Below are positions 63,446 through 64,000 of a stretch of 64,000 bases of DNA, piece after piece. The notes beneath the pieces were generated by a model, which searched no databases, had not been told where the DNA came from, and saw nothing but the letters and a program-made list of their open reading frames with translations. This DNA is from Anaerolineae bacterium (GTDB taxonomy: Bacteria > Chloroflexota > Anaerolineae > Anaerolineales > Anaerolineaceae). The stretch's first letter is position 1. Each line of letters begins with the position of its first letter. The position numbers and the translations under genes were made by a program. Location of the stretch: positions 1-64,000 of the forward strand of contig JABUFD010000008.1 in assembly GCA_013314735.1 (NCBI GenBank), read 5' to 3'.

Positions 63446-64000
63446 TCAGCGCAGCACCGCCTGGTCCCAGGCCTGGATCCAGCGCTCGCGGTTTTCGGCA
63501 ATCAGGGCGGGGTCGAGCAGGGCCGGGGCCGGGGCGCTCTCCGCCCATTGGGCAAAGGCTTCCGGCAAAACAGCCTGCGTATTGACCGGGTAGACGAACA
63601 TCTGCAGCGGCAGGTCCTGTTGGAATGCCACATCGAGCAGGAAATCGACGAATTGTTCTGCCAGCGCGCGCTGCTGTGTGCCGCGCAGGATGCCGACAAA
63701 CTCGACCTGGCGGAAGCAGGTGTTGGGGCCGATGATCGAGCCGGTGGGGGCTTCGTCCAGGGGTTCGGCGGCAAAGATCACTTCGGCGGCCGGGCTGGAG
63801 GCGTAGGATACCACCAGCGGCTGACCGCCGCCGTAGGGGGTGAAGTTGCCGTAGTAGGCGCTCTCCCAGTCGTTGCTCACCACCACGCCGTTGGCGCGCA
63901 GGCTCTCCCAGTAAGCCAGGTAGCCGTCCTCACCGTATTCGGCGATGGTGGCCAACAGGAACGCCAGCCCCGGGGAGGAGGTGGCGGGGTTTTGCACCGC
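63446..64000 (-). CDS. ABC transporter periplasmic substrate-binding protein (thiamine/iron-type), 3' portion; gene continues beyond the window end
   Basis: C-terminal region ..NPATSSPGLAFLLATIAEYGEDGYLAYWESLRANGVVV..W..AY.. typical of ThiB/FbpA-like SBPs. Reading frame open to nt 64000. Confidence 0.65.
   Translation of the reverse strand, partial: AVQNPATSSPGLAFLLATIAEYGEDGYLAYWESLRANGVVVSNDWESAYYGNFTPYGGGQPLVVSYASSPAAEVIFAAEPLDEAPTGSIIGPNTCFRQVEFVGILRGTQQRALAEQFVDFLLDVAFQQDLPLQMFVYPVNTQAVLPEAFAQWAESAPAPALLDPALIAENRERWIQAWDQAVLR

Overview
High-GC (~65%) bacterial chromosomal segment; mostly core and accessory genes on both strands, with several unusual elements. Phylum not assignable from sequence alone.

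Main gene content:
- Three Hanks-type Ser/Thr kinases: one kinase-TM-BMP(PnrA/Med-like) fusion and a tandem pair of kinase-beta-propeller paralogs that share an identical ~110-bp leader.
- An NfeD-like / CPBP protease / flotillin operon.
- A complete type I R-M operon (hsdM, DUF262/DUF1524 GmrSD-like gene, hsdS, small HEPN-like gene, hsdR), all translationally coupled and bracketed by direct copies of a hairpin repeat.
- A decayed island next to tRNA-Phe(GAA): a beta-class N6/N4 DNA methyltransferase fused to an Mrr-type nuclease domain and interrupted by an in-frame amber codon, an XRE regulator, a YefM/YoeB toxin-antitoxin pair and an AraC-like regulator. The modules are separated by four copies of a second hairpin repeat.
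- An AAC(3)-type acetyltransferase, a beta-lactamase-family serine hydrolase, MetRS, NUDIX, a HEAT-repeat protein, a URO-D-family protein, GNATs, an ATL + 5'-deoxyribonucleotidase pair, a ZIP transporter, an RqcH/NFACT protein, two paralogous secreted repeat-domain lipoproteins and a thiamine/iron-type ABC importer.

Most striking feature: a REPIN-like hairpin repeat family with ~20-bp GC-rich inverted arms (core CCATCCCGGAGG) and a ~45-nt loop. It is amplified into tandem arrays of ~160-180-bp composite units at 51.96-52.88 kb and 56.12-56.88 kb, with a solo copy at 15.8-16.0 kb that carries 5 tandem 19-bp arm repeats. No transposase is present in the window.

Many long ORFs in the supplied track are antisense artefacts of the high GC content and were not called.
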